A stretch of DNA of 64,000 bases from an uncultured Gemmatimonadaceae bacterium (lineage in GTDB: Bacteria; Gemmatimonadota; Gemmatimonadetes; Gemmatimonadales; Gemmatimonadaceae), in contig CAWAGQ010000005.1 in NCBI GenBank assembly GCA_963781585.1, positions 382,199 through 446,198 of the forward strand. The letters run 5' to 3'. This document shows, piece by piece, positions 1 to 9,385 of this stretch. The notes under the pieces are model-generated. The model was not told the DNA's origin. It was given only the letters and a program-made list of their open reading frames with translations, and did no database searches. Every line of letters starts with the position of its first letter. The stretch's first letter is position 1. The position numbers and the translations under genes were made by a program.

Positions 1-22
1 GGGGTCGGCTCAGGCCCCACCG

Positions 23-790
23 GTGCCGGCCGTCCAGGGGGCACCACAGGCAGACGACCGCATGGTCCAGCGCTCGCAAGCACTCGATGCCCTCGGAGAG
101 GGTGTCCTGATCCTGGATCGCGACGGGCGCGTGAGAGACTGCAACAGCTCGGCGCTGACGTTGTTCGACAGGCATCGAGGCGGCATAGAAGGGCAATTCG
201 CGGCCACGCTGCGCCGCTTCGAGGGTCTGGATCAGAGTGATCCGCATCGGGTGGCCTCGGAGCACGCGGTTTGGGTGGGCGAAGCGTGGGCGCGGCAGCC
301 CGATGGCGGGGTGAAGCTCTGCCTGTCGCGCGTGATCGCGGTGCGCGATGGTCGGGCCCGGGTGACGGGGTACGTGGAGGCGTTTCGCGACGTGACAGCG
401 GAGCCCGCACTGAGCGAGGAGTTCAGGGATCTGCTGTATGGGGTGCGCGCGTTCGATTCCATTTCGGCAACGCCGCGGGAGTTGGTACGGGCCGTTCGGG
501 ACGAACTGCGCGTGCTGAGTGAGGCGTTTCGCGATCTCGATCTGGTAATCCGGCAGTACGAGCGGTTATTGCCGGCTCTGCGAGCCGACGATCCGCTCAC
601 CGAGTCGATCGCGGGGCTGGCCCATGAGGCCCGTGCGGTGGTGGCATCGGTGGGGGTTCCGGCACTACTCGAGGAGATCCCGCGCGCCCTGACTCGTCTG
701 CGCAGCCATATGCAGCAGCTGGCGGTAGACCCTTCGACGGCTGAGGCTGAGCCGGCGCAGCCGGAGCGAGCGGTTCCGGAAGAACTCTGA
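23..790 (+). CDS. PAS-domain protein with C-terminal helical region (start may lie upstream of window)
   Basis: LDALGEGVLILDRDGRVRDCNSSALTLF ... VTGYVEAFRDVT is a PAS/PAC signature; no kinase or GGDEF output seen. Confidence 0.6.
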   Translation: MPAVQGAPQADDRMVQRSQALDALGEGVLILDRDGRVRDCNSSALTLFDRHRGGIEGQFAATLRRFEGLDQSDPHRVASEHAVWVGEAWARQPDGGVKLCLSRVIAVRDGRARVTGYVEAFRDVTAEPALSEEFRDLLYGVRAFDSISATPRELVRAVRDELRVLSEAFRDLDLVIRQYERLLPALRADDPLTESIAGLAHEARAVVASVGVPALLEEIPRALTRLRSHMQQLAVDPSTAEAEPAQPERAVPEEL

Positions 791-867
791 CACGGCGGTG
801 GCTGCCACTTCCCGGTAACGCCGCGTAGGTTCCCGAACTTGCCGCGTGGCACTTTCTCTCCGGGGCC

Positions 868-2568
868 GTGCTCGCTCCCCTTCCCGAATCTCCGCAGGCC
901 ATAGCCGCCGCCGTCTGGGCCGACCTGGCGCCCTACTACGAGGGGCTCGCCACGGTGCCGGTGGAGCCTAACGATGCCGAGTCCTGGCTGCGGAGCTGGT
1001 CGTGCCTGGAGGAGGTGATCGACGAGGCGGGGACGCTGGCGATGATCGCGTACACGTGTGACACGAGCGATGTCGAGAAGGAGGCGGCGAATCTGCGCTG
1101 GTCGGCCGAGATCTTCCCGAAGGTCGGGGAGCAACAGGTGCGGCTGGCGAAGCGGCTGATCGCGCTCGGGTATACGCGGGCGGATCTGGAGACGGTGCTC
1201 CGCGGATTTCGGACCGACATCGAGATTTTCCGTGAGGAGAACGTGCCGCTGTTCTCGCAGATCGAGGAACTGGTGGCCGCGTACCAGAAGATTACCGGAG
1301 GGCTGGAGGTCGAGTGGGACGGCGCGAAGAAGACCGTTCCGCAACTGCAGCCGTTTCTCAAGGAGCGGGATCGGGGCATCCGGGAGCGGGCATTTCGAGT
1401 GGGGACCGACGCCTACGCGAGTCGTCGGGAGGAGATGGCGTCGCTGTTCAACGGCATGTACGCACTGCGCCAGCAGGTTGCGCGCAACGCGGGGTTCCCG
1501 GACTACCAGGCCTACGTGTTCCGGGCGAAACACCGGTTCGACTATTCGCCCGAGGATTGTGCGACGTTCCATCGGGCGGTGGAGGAGACCGTCGTGCCCG
1601 CGGTGGCACGGCTCATGGAGTATCGCCGGCGCCAACTCGGGGTGGAGGCGCTGCGGCCATGGGATACACAGGTCGAACTGGACACGTTACGGCCGGTGAA
1701 GCCGTTCGACTCGATCGAGGGGTTCATCGGGCCGGCGATCCGGATGTTCCGGGCGCTCGACGGGGAGCTGGGGGCGGCGTTTCAGCGCATGGCTGACGAG
1801 GGTCTGCTCGACCTCGAGAGCCGGCCGGGGAAGGCGCCGGGCGGCTACTGCACGAAACTCGCCTGGCGCGGCGTGCCGTTCATCTTCATGAACGCCGTGG
1901 GCGTACCGGATGATGTGAACACGCTGGTACACGAGGCGGGTCATTGCTTCCACGATTTCGCCGCGCACGGGCAACCGTTCATCTGGCAGCGCAGCGTGGG
2001 ACACGAGGCTGCCGAGCTGGCCTCGATGAGCATGGAGTTGCTGGCGGCCGCCCACCTCGTGCAGCCCACCGGATACTACACGGCGGACGAAGCGCGGTCG
2101 GTTCAGATCGAGCATCTCGAAGACGTGCTGGCGAGCCTGGCACACATCGCGAGCGTGGATGCCTATCAGCGATGGATTTACACCAGCGGTCAGGGAGGCG
2201 ACGCCGAGGCTCGTGACGCGGCGTGGCTGGCGATCCGGGCGCGCTTTGAGCGCGGCGTGGACTGGCGGGGGCTGGAGCAGGAGCGGGTGGTACGGTGGTA
2301 CCGGCAGCTGCACATCTTCGAGTATCCGTTCTACTACATCGAGTACGGGATTGCCCAGCTGGGCGCCTTGCAGCTGTGGCGCGCGAGCCTTGACGATCCC
2401 CGGGGGGTGGTGGAGCGGTACAAGCGGGCACTCGCGTTAGGTGGCACGCGCTCCCTGCCGGAGATTTACCAGACCGCGGGCGCTCGACTCATCTTTGATG
2501 CCGAGGGCATGGGCGAGCTGGTGGGGCTGGTGGAGCGGCGGATCGGAGCGCTACGGGGCGGCGCGTAG
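868..2568 (+). CDS. M3 family oligoendopeptidase (PepF-like)
   Basis: HEAGH zinc motif, KAPGGYC, AELASMSME, HIFEYPFYYIEY; 566 aa. Confidence 0.93.
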   Translation: MLAPLPESPQAIAAAVWADLAPYYEGLATVPVEPNDAESWLRSWSCLEEVIDEAGTLAMIAYTCDTSDVEKEAANLRWSAEIFPKVGEQQVRLAKRLIALGYTRADLETVLRGFRTDIEIFREENVPLFSQIEELVAAYQKITGGLEVEWDGAKKTVPQLQPFLKERDRGIRERAFRVGTDAYASRREEMASLFNGMYALRQQVARNAGFPDYQAYVFRAKHRFDYSPEDCATFHRAVEETVVPAVARLMEYRRRQLGVEALRPWDTQVELDTLRPVKPFDSIEGFIGPAIRMFRALDGELGAAFQRMADEGLLDLESRPGKAPGGYCTKLAWRGVPFIFMNAVGVPDDVNTLVHEAGHCFHDFAAHGQPFIWQRSVGHEAAELASMSMELLAAAHLVQPTGYYTADEARSVQIEHLEDVLASLAHIASVDAYQRWIYTSGQGGDAEARDAAWLAIRARFERGVDWRGLEQERVVRWYRQLHIFEYPFYYIEYGIAQLGALQLWRASLDDPRGVVERYKRALALGGTRSLPEIYQTAGARLIFDAEGMGELVGLVERRIGALRGGA

Positions 2569-2753
2569 GCACGCGAGGGTCGTGCCGGTACGCAACCGAC
2601 AGTCCTGCCGGTCTGACGACGCTTGCCGGGACCGCGACCGCGTGACAGGGTATCGGGAGACTCCTGGCTGTGCCGGCCGGTGACGGACCGGCGCAGAGCA
2701 CTTGGCAGCGGGGCCCGACCCGTCGTCGCAGGTTCAACGCGAGCGCATCGTCC

Positions 2754-3263
2754 ATGCTCACGACTACAGTCGCTGGAATGCTGACCCGCGAGCTCCGCAC
2801 GTTTCGGCGCGAGCTGGAGGCATATCCGGACGAATCCCAGATCTGGCAGACGCATCCGGCGCTCCCCAATACGACGGGAACCCTCGCGCTGCATGCGGCC
2901 GGGAACCTGCTCCATTTTGTCGGGGCGGTGCTTGGGAACACCGGCTATGTTCGGAATCGCGACGGCGAGTTTCAGCGCCGCGACGTGCCGCGTGCGGAAC
3001 TCATCCGCGAACTGGAGCGGGCGGTCGAGGTGGTGCAGCAGTCGCTCGCCTCGGTAACCGATGCACAGCTCGACGACTGGTATCCCCTTCCCATCGCCAA
3101 ATGCCGGGTGCGGACGGGGGAGTTCCTGGTCCATCTGGCGGTGCACCTGGGCTATCACCTTGGTCAGGCCGATTTTCACCGCCGCATCATCACTGGAGAG
3201 ACACGAGGAGCCGGCGCCGTCTCCCCAGCGGAGCTTCCGGGTGCCGTTCCGGTGGAGGCGTGA
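2754..3263 (+). CDS. DinB/DUF1572 family protein
   Basis: NTTGTLALHAAGNLLHFVG, YVRNRDGEF, HLAVHLGYHLGQ. Confidence 0.85.
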   Translation: MLTTTVAGMLTRELRTFRRELEAYPDESQIWQTHPALPNTTGTLALHAAGNLLHFVGAVLGNTGYVRNRDGEFQRRDVPRAELIRELERAVEVVQQSLASVTDAQLDDWYPLPIAKCRVRTGEFLVHLAVHLGYHLGQADFHRRIITGETRGAGAVSPAELPGAVPVEA

Positions 3264-3351
3264 CCATTCCATGCGCCACCGAGCCATCGCTCCGGGGTAT
3301 GTGGCGGGCTCAGGTTGCACGAGTCCTTTCACCACGACAGGATTGGCGGTC

Positions 3352-3807
3352 ATGGGAATGCTGCGGAAAGTCCTGATGCCGGTGCTGGTGGTGGCCGGCA
3401 CGTCCTGCCTCAACCTCGACAGCCCGCCCGAAGAGAACGTCGTACTCAGCATCGGCGTGTCCAATCAGACGCCCACGGTCGGGGAGCAGATCGACATCAC
3501 GATCACCGCCACGAACGATGCCAAGGAGGGCGTGACGTTGAAGGGGGCCAGCGACTGCCTGTTGTTCTTCCAGGTCCGCGACTCCCGGAATGGTGTGCTC
3601 ATGTACGCGTCGACCGACGCGTGCACCGGCTCGACGACGTCGGAGTCTCTTCCCGCCGGGGGCCACCGATCGGGGACGCTGCAATGGGATGGGCGGACAG
3701 GCGCGGGTTCGTTCGTTCCGCCCGGATTCTACATCATCGTGCCTGGCGCGTCGCTCTCGACCGGTGCGATTCTGGGTCTGCCGATCACGGTGCAGCTGGT
3801 GGACTAG
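3352..3807 (+). CDS. Lipoprotein with Ig-like (BsuPI/FlgD-like) domain
   Basis: Lipobox-like GTSC after hydrophobic stretch; beta-rich with LQWDGRTGAGSFVPPGFY. Confidence 0.55.
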   Translation: MGMLRKVLMPVLVVAGTSCLNLDSPPEENVVLSIGVSNQTPTVGEQIDITITATNDAKEGVTLKGASDCLLFFQVRDSRNGVLMYASTDACTGSTTSESLPAGGHRSGTLQWDGRTGAGSFVPPGFYIIVPGASLSTGAILGLPITVQLVD

Positions 3808-3979
3808 TGTGGGGCCGCCCCGCGGTCACGGGGCCGGTGGTGGTGCGAAGGGGAGGGACTGACCCGTGCCGGCGGGCACCTGGCGCGGCGGATGAGGCAG
3901 CCGGCGTTGCCGGCGAAGGGAGAATTGTTGCCGGGCCGCGCCCGCCTGGGCTCGGCGTACCTAACGAGGAAATGAAACG

Positions 3980-4318
3980 ATGCGAGCTTCCATGGTGACA
4001 ATGGCGATGTCGCTGGACGGCTACGTGGTGGAGGAGACGCTGGGCGTCGTGCGCGGGATCGTGGTGCGTTCCCGCTCGGTGTTCGGGACGGTGGGGGCGA
4101 AGCTCCAGACATTGCTGGGCGGGAACATCACCCTGCTGACCGAGCTCTGCGAGCGAACACGGGCGGACGCGTTTGCCCAGATGATCAGCCACGCCGAGTT
4201 GTTAGGCGCGAACGCCGTGGTCTGTGTGCGGTACGACGCCACGGAGGTCATGCAGGGTGTCACGGAAGTCCTGTGCTACGGCACGGCGGTTCGCGCGGCG
4301 CCGGCGCCGGTACGGTAG
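3980..4318 (+). CDS. YbjQ/UPF0145 family protein
   Basis: [13 protein letters not shown] ... [11 protein letters not shown] ... EVLCYGTAV. Confidence 0.9.
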   Translation: MRASMVTMAMSLDGYVVEETLGVVRGIVVRSRSVFGTVGAKLQTLLGGNITLLTELCERTRADAFAQMISHAELLGANAVVCVRYDATEVMQGVTEVLCYGTAVRAAPAPVR

Positions 4319-4553
4319 GCGGGGCGGGGGCGCGCGGGCGGGGTGGTCACGGCGGGGCCGTGGCGCGGCCCCGGCGGACCTAACGGCGGCCTGCCTCACG
4401 AGAGGCGGCGGCCGGGTTCGCGCGGCGGCCGGGGATGGTGTATACTTGTGCGACACGGATCGGGCCCCCGGAGTTGCGGGCCGACAGGCGGTACTCACCT
4501 TCACGCGCCGCTCTGCCGTCGTAAGGCGGAAGCGGCACTTCCGGAGCACTGTC

Positions 4554-4829
4554 ATGGCGAAGCGCAAGGCGAAGGCCGCGAAGCGCGGCACCGGGGCGGC
4601 GAAGCGGACGACACGCAGGGCCAGGACCGCCTCGATTGCCGGCATCAGCCGGATCGATCAGGTATCGACTCGCACGCACGGCTACTTCGTCCGCGTCGGC
4701 TATCATCGCACCCGGGATGGCGCCTGGCGGCCCCGCCATCGGGCGTTCTTCGGGGACGCGAGCCACGGCGGCAAGATGAAGGCGCTCAAGGCAGCGACCA
4801 AGTGGCTGAAGAGCGTCTCGAAGAAGTAG
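4554..4829 (+). CDS. Small basic protein, Lys/Arg/Ala-rich tail plus AP2-like DNA-binding domain
   Basis: MAKRKAKAAKR... followed by GISRIDQ..RTHGYFVRV...RAFFGD..HGGKMKALKAATKW, resembling bacterial AP2 domains. Confidence 0.55.
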   Translation: MAKRKAKAAKRGTGAAKRTTRRARTASIAGISRIDQVSTRTHGYFVRVGYHRTRDGAWRPRHRAFFGDASHGGKMKALKAATKWLKSVSKK

Positions 4830-4945
4830 CGTGATGACCCGCGCGCCCGCCGGACCGCGCGCGGGCGATCGATTTACTGCGCTGCTGCGCCGGATCGCGC
4901 ATTCCGCCCGAGCCGCCCGCCGGCGGCCCGGGGTGACGTGATGCC

Positions 4946-5269
4946 ATGAGCCTGGAGGGCGGCAGGTCGATGGACGAGTCGCCCGAACGCCTGCTGGGAC
5001 GCTGGCGGCTGCTGCGCGCCGATGCCGCGCTCTCGTTCGCGCCGGACGTGCGGATGGAGTTCCGCAGTGGCGGCCGGTTGCTCTACGAGTTCGCCGCGGG
5101 CGCGAGACGCCAGGTCGTGCGCCTGCTCTATCGCGTCGACGGCGAGACGCTGCGCACCGACAACCCCACCGCGCAGCACGAGCTCACCACGCACTTCCAC
5201 TTCGGGGCGGGCGGGGTGCTGGTCTTCGATTTCGCCGGCGCGCGCGCCTGGTTCGTGCGGGAGCTGTAG
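4946..5269 (+). CDS. Hypothetical protein (lipocalin-like beta barrel?)
   Basis: Coherent 107-aa ORF with LLGRWRL motif. Confidence 0.5.
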   Translation: MSLEGGRSMDESPERLLGRWRLLRADAALSFAPDVRMEFRSGGRLLYEFAAGARRQVVRLLYRVDGETLRTDNPTAQHELTTHFHFGAGGVLVFDFAGARAWFVREL

Positions 5270-5493
5270 CCGACGCGTCAGTACACCCGCCCGTGGACCG
5301 CGGCGTGAGGGGCCAGCGCGGTTGATCGACGGTCGGGGGGCGGCCCTGAGGGTCTGCTGCCGCGCCAACGGGCTGCGGGTAGATTGCACCGCCGGGCTCC
5401 GTGGCAGCGGGTGGACGCCGCCGCCCCACCCGGCGTGCCAGCTGACCCGGGTGACAGTGCGGATCTCCAACAGCCGCCTTCCGCGGTCCATCC

Positions 5494-5709
5494 ATGGCCA
5501 TCTTCCGAAAGTCGATCTTCAAGACCGAATGCGACGAGTGCGGCAAGCCCTTCCCGATCAACAGCGGAGGGGTGTGCGAGCGATGTCGCCGCATTCTCTG
5601 CAATCAGCACCTGCACGGCTCGGTGGTACGGCGTGCCGCGATCGCCTTCGGCGCACCGTATGTGTGCGTTCGGTGCCGGATGCAGAGCACCGCGGGCCCC
5701 AGTCGATGA
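5494..5709 (+). CDS. Small double zinc-finger protein
   Basis: CDEC...CERC...CNQH...CVRC; its stop overlaps the next start (ATGA). Confidence 0.6.
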   Translation: MAIFRKSIFKTECDECGKPFPINSGGVCERCRRILCNQHLHGSVVRRAAIAFGAPYVCVRCRMQSTAGPSR

Positions 5710-6875
5710 CCGAGCGGCTCTACTACACCGATGCGTATCTCGCCGATTTCACCGCAACCGTGGTGGATCGTGCGGCCGACGGCCGACGCATCTACCTCGA
5801 CCGGACCGGCTTCTATCCGACCTCAGGCGGCCAGCAGCACGATCTGGGTACGCTGTCCGGCGTTCAGGTCACCGATGTGGTGGATGAAGGGGACCGCATT
5901 GCGCATGTGGTAGCGGCGCCCGTGAACGACACCCAGGTGCACGGCGTGATCGACTGGCCGCGCCGCTTCGATCACATGCAGCAGCACACGGGGCAGCACC
6001 TGCTTTCGGCGATCTTCTCCGACGCGTTCGGGCACGCGACGGTGAGCGTGCATTTCGGGGAGGAGACGTCGACGCTCGACCTGGACTGCGACCAGCTCGC
6101 CGAGGGAATGCTGCACGATGTCGAACGCCGCGCCAACGAGATCGTGATCGGAAACCGGCCGGTTCGCGTGTCCTTCGCCGACGAGGGAGCCGACGTCGGG
6201 CTGCGCAAGGCGACCGAGCGAAGCGGGACGCTTCGGATCGTGGAGATTGACGGACTGGATCGAAGTGCGTGCGGTGGCACGCACGTCCGTTCCACGGCCG
6301 AAGTTGGTGCGGTGCTTCTTCGGCGGCAGGAACGGGTCCGGAAGGCCGCCCGCGTGGAGTTCGTGTGCGGGTATCGGGCGGTCGCACGCGCCAGGCGGGA
6401 TCTCCAGGCGCTGGCACAGGCAGCGCACGATCTCTCCTCATCGCTGGACGGGGTGCCGGATCTGGTAAGGGCGCAGGCGGGCCAGCTGCGCGGTGCGGAG
6501 AGCCGTATCCGCCGGCTCGAGAGCGCCCTGTCGGAGTATCGTGCGCGCGAGCGGTTCCAGGCGACGGAGCCCGATGAACGCGGTCTGCGTCGGAGCGTCG
6601 AGCGCCATGCCGCGGGCTCGCCCGACGAGTGGCGGGGGCTCGCGACGGCGTATTGTGCGCTGCCGAAGACCGCCTTCATCGGCGCCTCGGAGAACCCGCC
6701 GGCGGTGCTGCTGGCGGTCTCGGATGATGCCGGCGTCGATGCCGGGAAGACACTGCGCGCCGTCCTGCAGGAGGTTGGCGGGCGTGGCGGTGGCTCACCC
6801 CGGCTCGCGCAGGGCTCCGTCCCGTCGCCCGAAGCCCTCGAGCAGGTGCTGCGTTCCCTGGGAGAGGTGCTCTGA
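5706..6875 (+). CDS. AlaX-L-type alanyl-tRNA editing protein with DHHA1 domain
   Basis: MTERLYYTDAY, FYPTSGGQQHD, MQQHTGQH, ACGGTH, GGRGGG C-terminus. Confidence 0.92.
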   Translation: MTERLYYTDAYLADFTATVVDRAADGRRIYLDRTGFYPTSGGQQHDLGTLSGVQVTDVVDEGDRIAHVVAAPVNDTQVHGVIDWPRRFDHMQQHTGQHLLSAIFSDAFGHATVSVHFGEETSTLDLDCDQLAEGMLHDVERRANEIVIGNRPVRVSFADEGADVGLRKATERSGTLRIVEIDGLDRSACGGTHVRSTAEVGAVLLRRQERVRKAARVEFVCGYRAVARARRDLQALAQAAHDLSSSLDGVPDLVRAQAGQLRGAESRIRRLESALSEYRARERFQATEPDERGLRRSVERHAAGSPDEWRGLATAYCALPKTAFIGASENPPAVLLAVSDDAGVDAGKTLRAVLQEVGGRGGGSPRLAQGSVPSPEALEQVLRSLGEVL

Positions 6876-7091
6876 CCCCGAACAGGAGCACGACCCAGGC
6901 TGCCCTCCGTAGTCCTGGTGGTACACGCAATACCCGAGGCGCGCCGCGGAGGAGTCGGAAAACCCGGCGAGCCGCACGGATGTACTCGCGCGCAGTGCCG
7001 ATTCGCGCTACACTGTGCCCCATCCTGTCCGCTTCCGCTTGGCAGCATTCCGCTATCGCTGCAGGAAAGAGCTGGCATCAGGAGGTGCGCC

Positions 7092-7424
7092 ATGCAATCC
7101 GTAGTCGTCGAATGGCTGGATCGTATCGGAAAGACGGCCTTCACCTACTCGGCGTGGAGCTTCGTCCTCCTCAACGGATTCGGTATCGCGATGGTGGCGC
7201 TGAAGCGCGACCGTGCGATGGTGAATCGGTGGACGTCGCGATTCCTGGCCGTGAACGGACTGTTGCTGGGCACCGGGCTTGGCGTTCCCATCGTCACCCT
7301 GGCGATGCGGAGCGCGATCGTCGCGATCACACCGGCGTTGCACATCCGATTGAGCGCTGCCGACGCGCGGGACAGCGATGGGTCGGCGAGCGTGGACCAG
7401 ACAGCCGTGCCACGCCAGCCGTGA
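7092..7424 (+). CDS. Hypothetical membrane protein
   Basis: GGAGG RBS; two hydrophobic segments. Confidence 0.55.
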   Translation: MQSVVVEWLDRIGKTAFTYSAWSFVLLNGFGIAMVALKRDRAMVNRWTSRFLAVNGLLLGTGLGVPIVTLAMRSAIVAITPALHIRLSAADARDSDGSASVDQTAVPRQP

Positions 7425-7470
7425 GCACCAGCTGGACACGGGCCCACGCCGCTTCGGTGGCCGGGTTCCG

Positions 7471-7977
7471 GTGACGCTGAGCCTCACATCGCCGGCGTTT
7501 CGGCATGGGGAAGCCATTTCCCCGGAATACACGTGCGATGGGGAAGGCGGCAGCCCGCCGCTCGCCTGGCGCGATGCGCCGCAAGGAACACGAACGTTCG
7601 CCCTGATCGTGGACGATCCGGACGCGCCGGATCCGGCGGCGCCCAAGGGCGCGTACGTGCACTGGGTCCTCTATGACATTCCGGTGGTCACGATGCATCT
7701 GGCGCCGGGCGCAGGAAACATCGCTGCGCCGGCAGGGAGCCGGGACGGTAAGAATGACGGCGGGCGCACGGGGTATGCCGGCCCCTGTCCGCCGATCGGC
7801 CGCCACCGCTATTGCTTTCGCCTGTACGCGCTGGATGCTGCGTTAGGCGATCGACGGGAGCCGACGAAGTCGGACATCCTGAAGGCGATGGAGGGTCACA
7901 TTCTGGCGCAGGCGGAGCTGGTCGGCACCTACGCACGGGGCGGTGGCGGGAAACACGCTTCCCTCGGCTTGCCGTAG
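7471..7977 (+). CDS. YbhB/YbcL family Raf-kinase-inhibitor-like (PEBP) protein
   Basis: YTCDG..SPPLAW, DDPDAP, VHWVLYDIP, YAGPCPPIGRHRY. Confidence 0.92.
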   Translation: MTLSLTSPAFRHGEAISPEYTCDGEGGSPPLAWRDAPQGTRTFALIVDDPDAPDPAAPKGAYVHWVLYDIPVVTMHLAPGAGNIAAPAGSRDGKNDGGRTGYAGPCPPIGRHRYCFRLYALDAALGDRREPTKSDILKAMEGHILAQAELVGTYARGGGGKHASLGLP

Positions 7978-8095
7978 CCCGCGAAATCCTGCATCGTCTG
8001 TGGCCGCCGGCGGGCGGCCTGGCGCACCGCATTCCCGCGTCGCGCCGGCACGGCAGGCCTGGGGTTCTGTCAATTCGGGAGTTGATGGAGAGCGT

Positions 8096-9055
8096 ATGTC
8101 GATACGGTTGATGCGGCTGCTGTTCCTCGGCGTGGTGCTGGCGGCGTGCGACAAGGCGCCAGCCACGCGTGCCGGTGAGCCGGACACGGGAATCGCTCTG
8201 GCGCGTTCGTCGCGCGCCAAGGACTCGCTCATCCGCGTGAAGGACAGCGTGATCGCAGAGAAGTCGCGTCAGCTCAGTCTGCAGAGCCAGCTCATTGGCG
8301 ACGCCGCCACGAGTGCGCGGCTCGTCTCCGAGATCGACCGCGACCTTTCGGCGGTCCGCGGACTGCGGGTGAGCGGCGATTCGCTGAAGATCGAGGGCGC
8401 GGTCCCGAACGCGTCGGAGCAGCTGGCCCGGGTCCAGAAGAAGGTGACGGCGCTGCTGAGCCGGCTCGCCGCGAGTGAAGCGCGGGTGCGCCGGATGCGC
8501 GCCGACAGCACCACGCACGCGTCGCAGGACTCCACGGTTGCGGCCCAGCTGCGCGACTACGAGCGCCTGATCGCCGACTTGCGCGCCACGGGCGATCGCC
8601 AGCGACAGGAGATCGCGGTGCTGACGCAGCAGGTGGACAGTGTGGCCAGGGTGGCGGCCGAGCTGACGACACGCAACGAGGCGATCACCGCCCAGAACGA
8701 GGCGATGGCGGCGCACGAGGATTCGGTGTTCGTGGTGATCGGCACGGAGAAGGAGCTGATTCAGCGCGGGGTGGCCCGGAAGGAGGGCGGGAACAAGCTG
8801 TTGCTCGGCATGGGAAAGACCCTGGTGCCGGCGCGGTCGCTCGATCCGGCGGGATTCCGCGCGATCTCGAAGGCCCACGATCTCGAGATCGCGCTCCCGC
8901 GGGCAGACAAGAACTACGCCCTGGTCTCGCGGCAAAGCCTCGCGTACGTCGATCCGCCCAACCCGAAGGGTGGGGTGGTACGCGGGACGCTCCGGATCGC
9001 GGATGCCGAGGCATTCTGGCGGGCCTCGAAGTTCCTGATTCTGGTGGAGCGGTGA
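8096..9055 (+). CDS. Coiled-coil lipoprotein, Cbp1-like C-terminal domain
   Basis: LAAC lipobox, long heptad region, VIGTEKEL..RGV and FWRASKFLIL C-terminus. Confidence 0.6.
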   Translation: MSIRLMRLLFLGVVLAACDKAPATRAGEPDTGIALARSSRAKDSLIRVKDSVIAEKSRQLSLQSQLIGDAATSARLVSEIDRDLSAVRGLRVSGDSLKIEGAVPNASEQLARVQKKVTALLSRLAASEARVRRMRADSTTHASQDSTVAAQLRDYERLIADLRATGDRQRQEIAVLTQQVDSVARVAAELTTRNEAITAQNEAMAAHEDSVFVVIGTEKELIQRGVARKEGGNKLLLGMGKTLVPARSLDPAGFRAISKAHDLEIALPRADKNYALVSRQSLAYVDPPNPKGGVVRGTLRIADAEAFWRASKFLILVER

Positions 9056-9375
9056 CGCCGGCGGCCGGCACCGGGCTGCCGGACGACGCTGGACAGGCGG
9101 GGAGCTCCGATCGGGAGACGCGCCTGCGCGCGCTGGCGCAGGCGCGCTGGAAGGTCGCCGCCACGCTCACGGTGTGCATGGTGGCCGTGTACTTCGGCTT
9201 CATCCTGCTGATCGCCTATGACAAGGCACTGCTGGCGACCCTGATCACGCCTGGGCTCACGCTGGGCATCCTGCTCGGCGCGCTGGTGATCGTGGTCGCC
9301 TGGCTGCTCACGTGGGTGTACGTGTGGTGGGCCAACGCCCACTACGATCGGGCCCTGCGGGATCTCGGGACGTAA
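9052..9375 (+). CDS. DUF485 (YjcH-like) membrane protein
   Basis: YFGFILLIAY ... YVWWANAHYD; directly upstream of an ActP-type symporter. Confidence 0.9.
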   Translation: MTPAAGTGLPDDAGQAGSSDRETRLRALAQARWKVAATLTVCMVAVYFGFILLIAYDKALLATLITPGLTLGILLGALVIVVAWLLTWVYVWWANAHYDRALRDLGT

Positions 9376-9385
9376 CCAGCCGCCC

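Noticed and set aside
4855..4869. 15-nt match (CCGCGCGCGGGCGAT) to the CRISPR repeat, possible orphan repeat or anti-repeat
   Set aside because: Low-complexity GC arm of a hairpin after a stop codon, ~54 kb from the array, lacking the ATTGAAAC end
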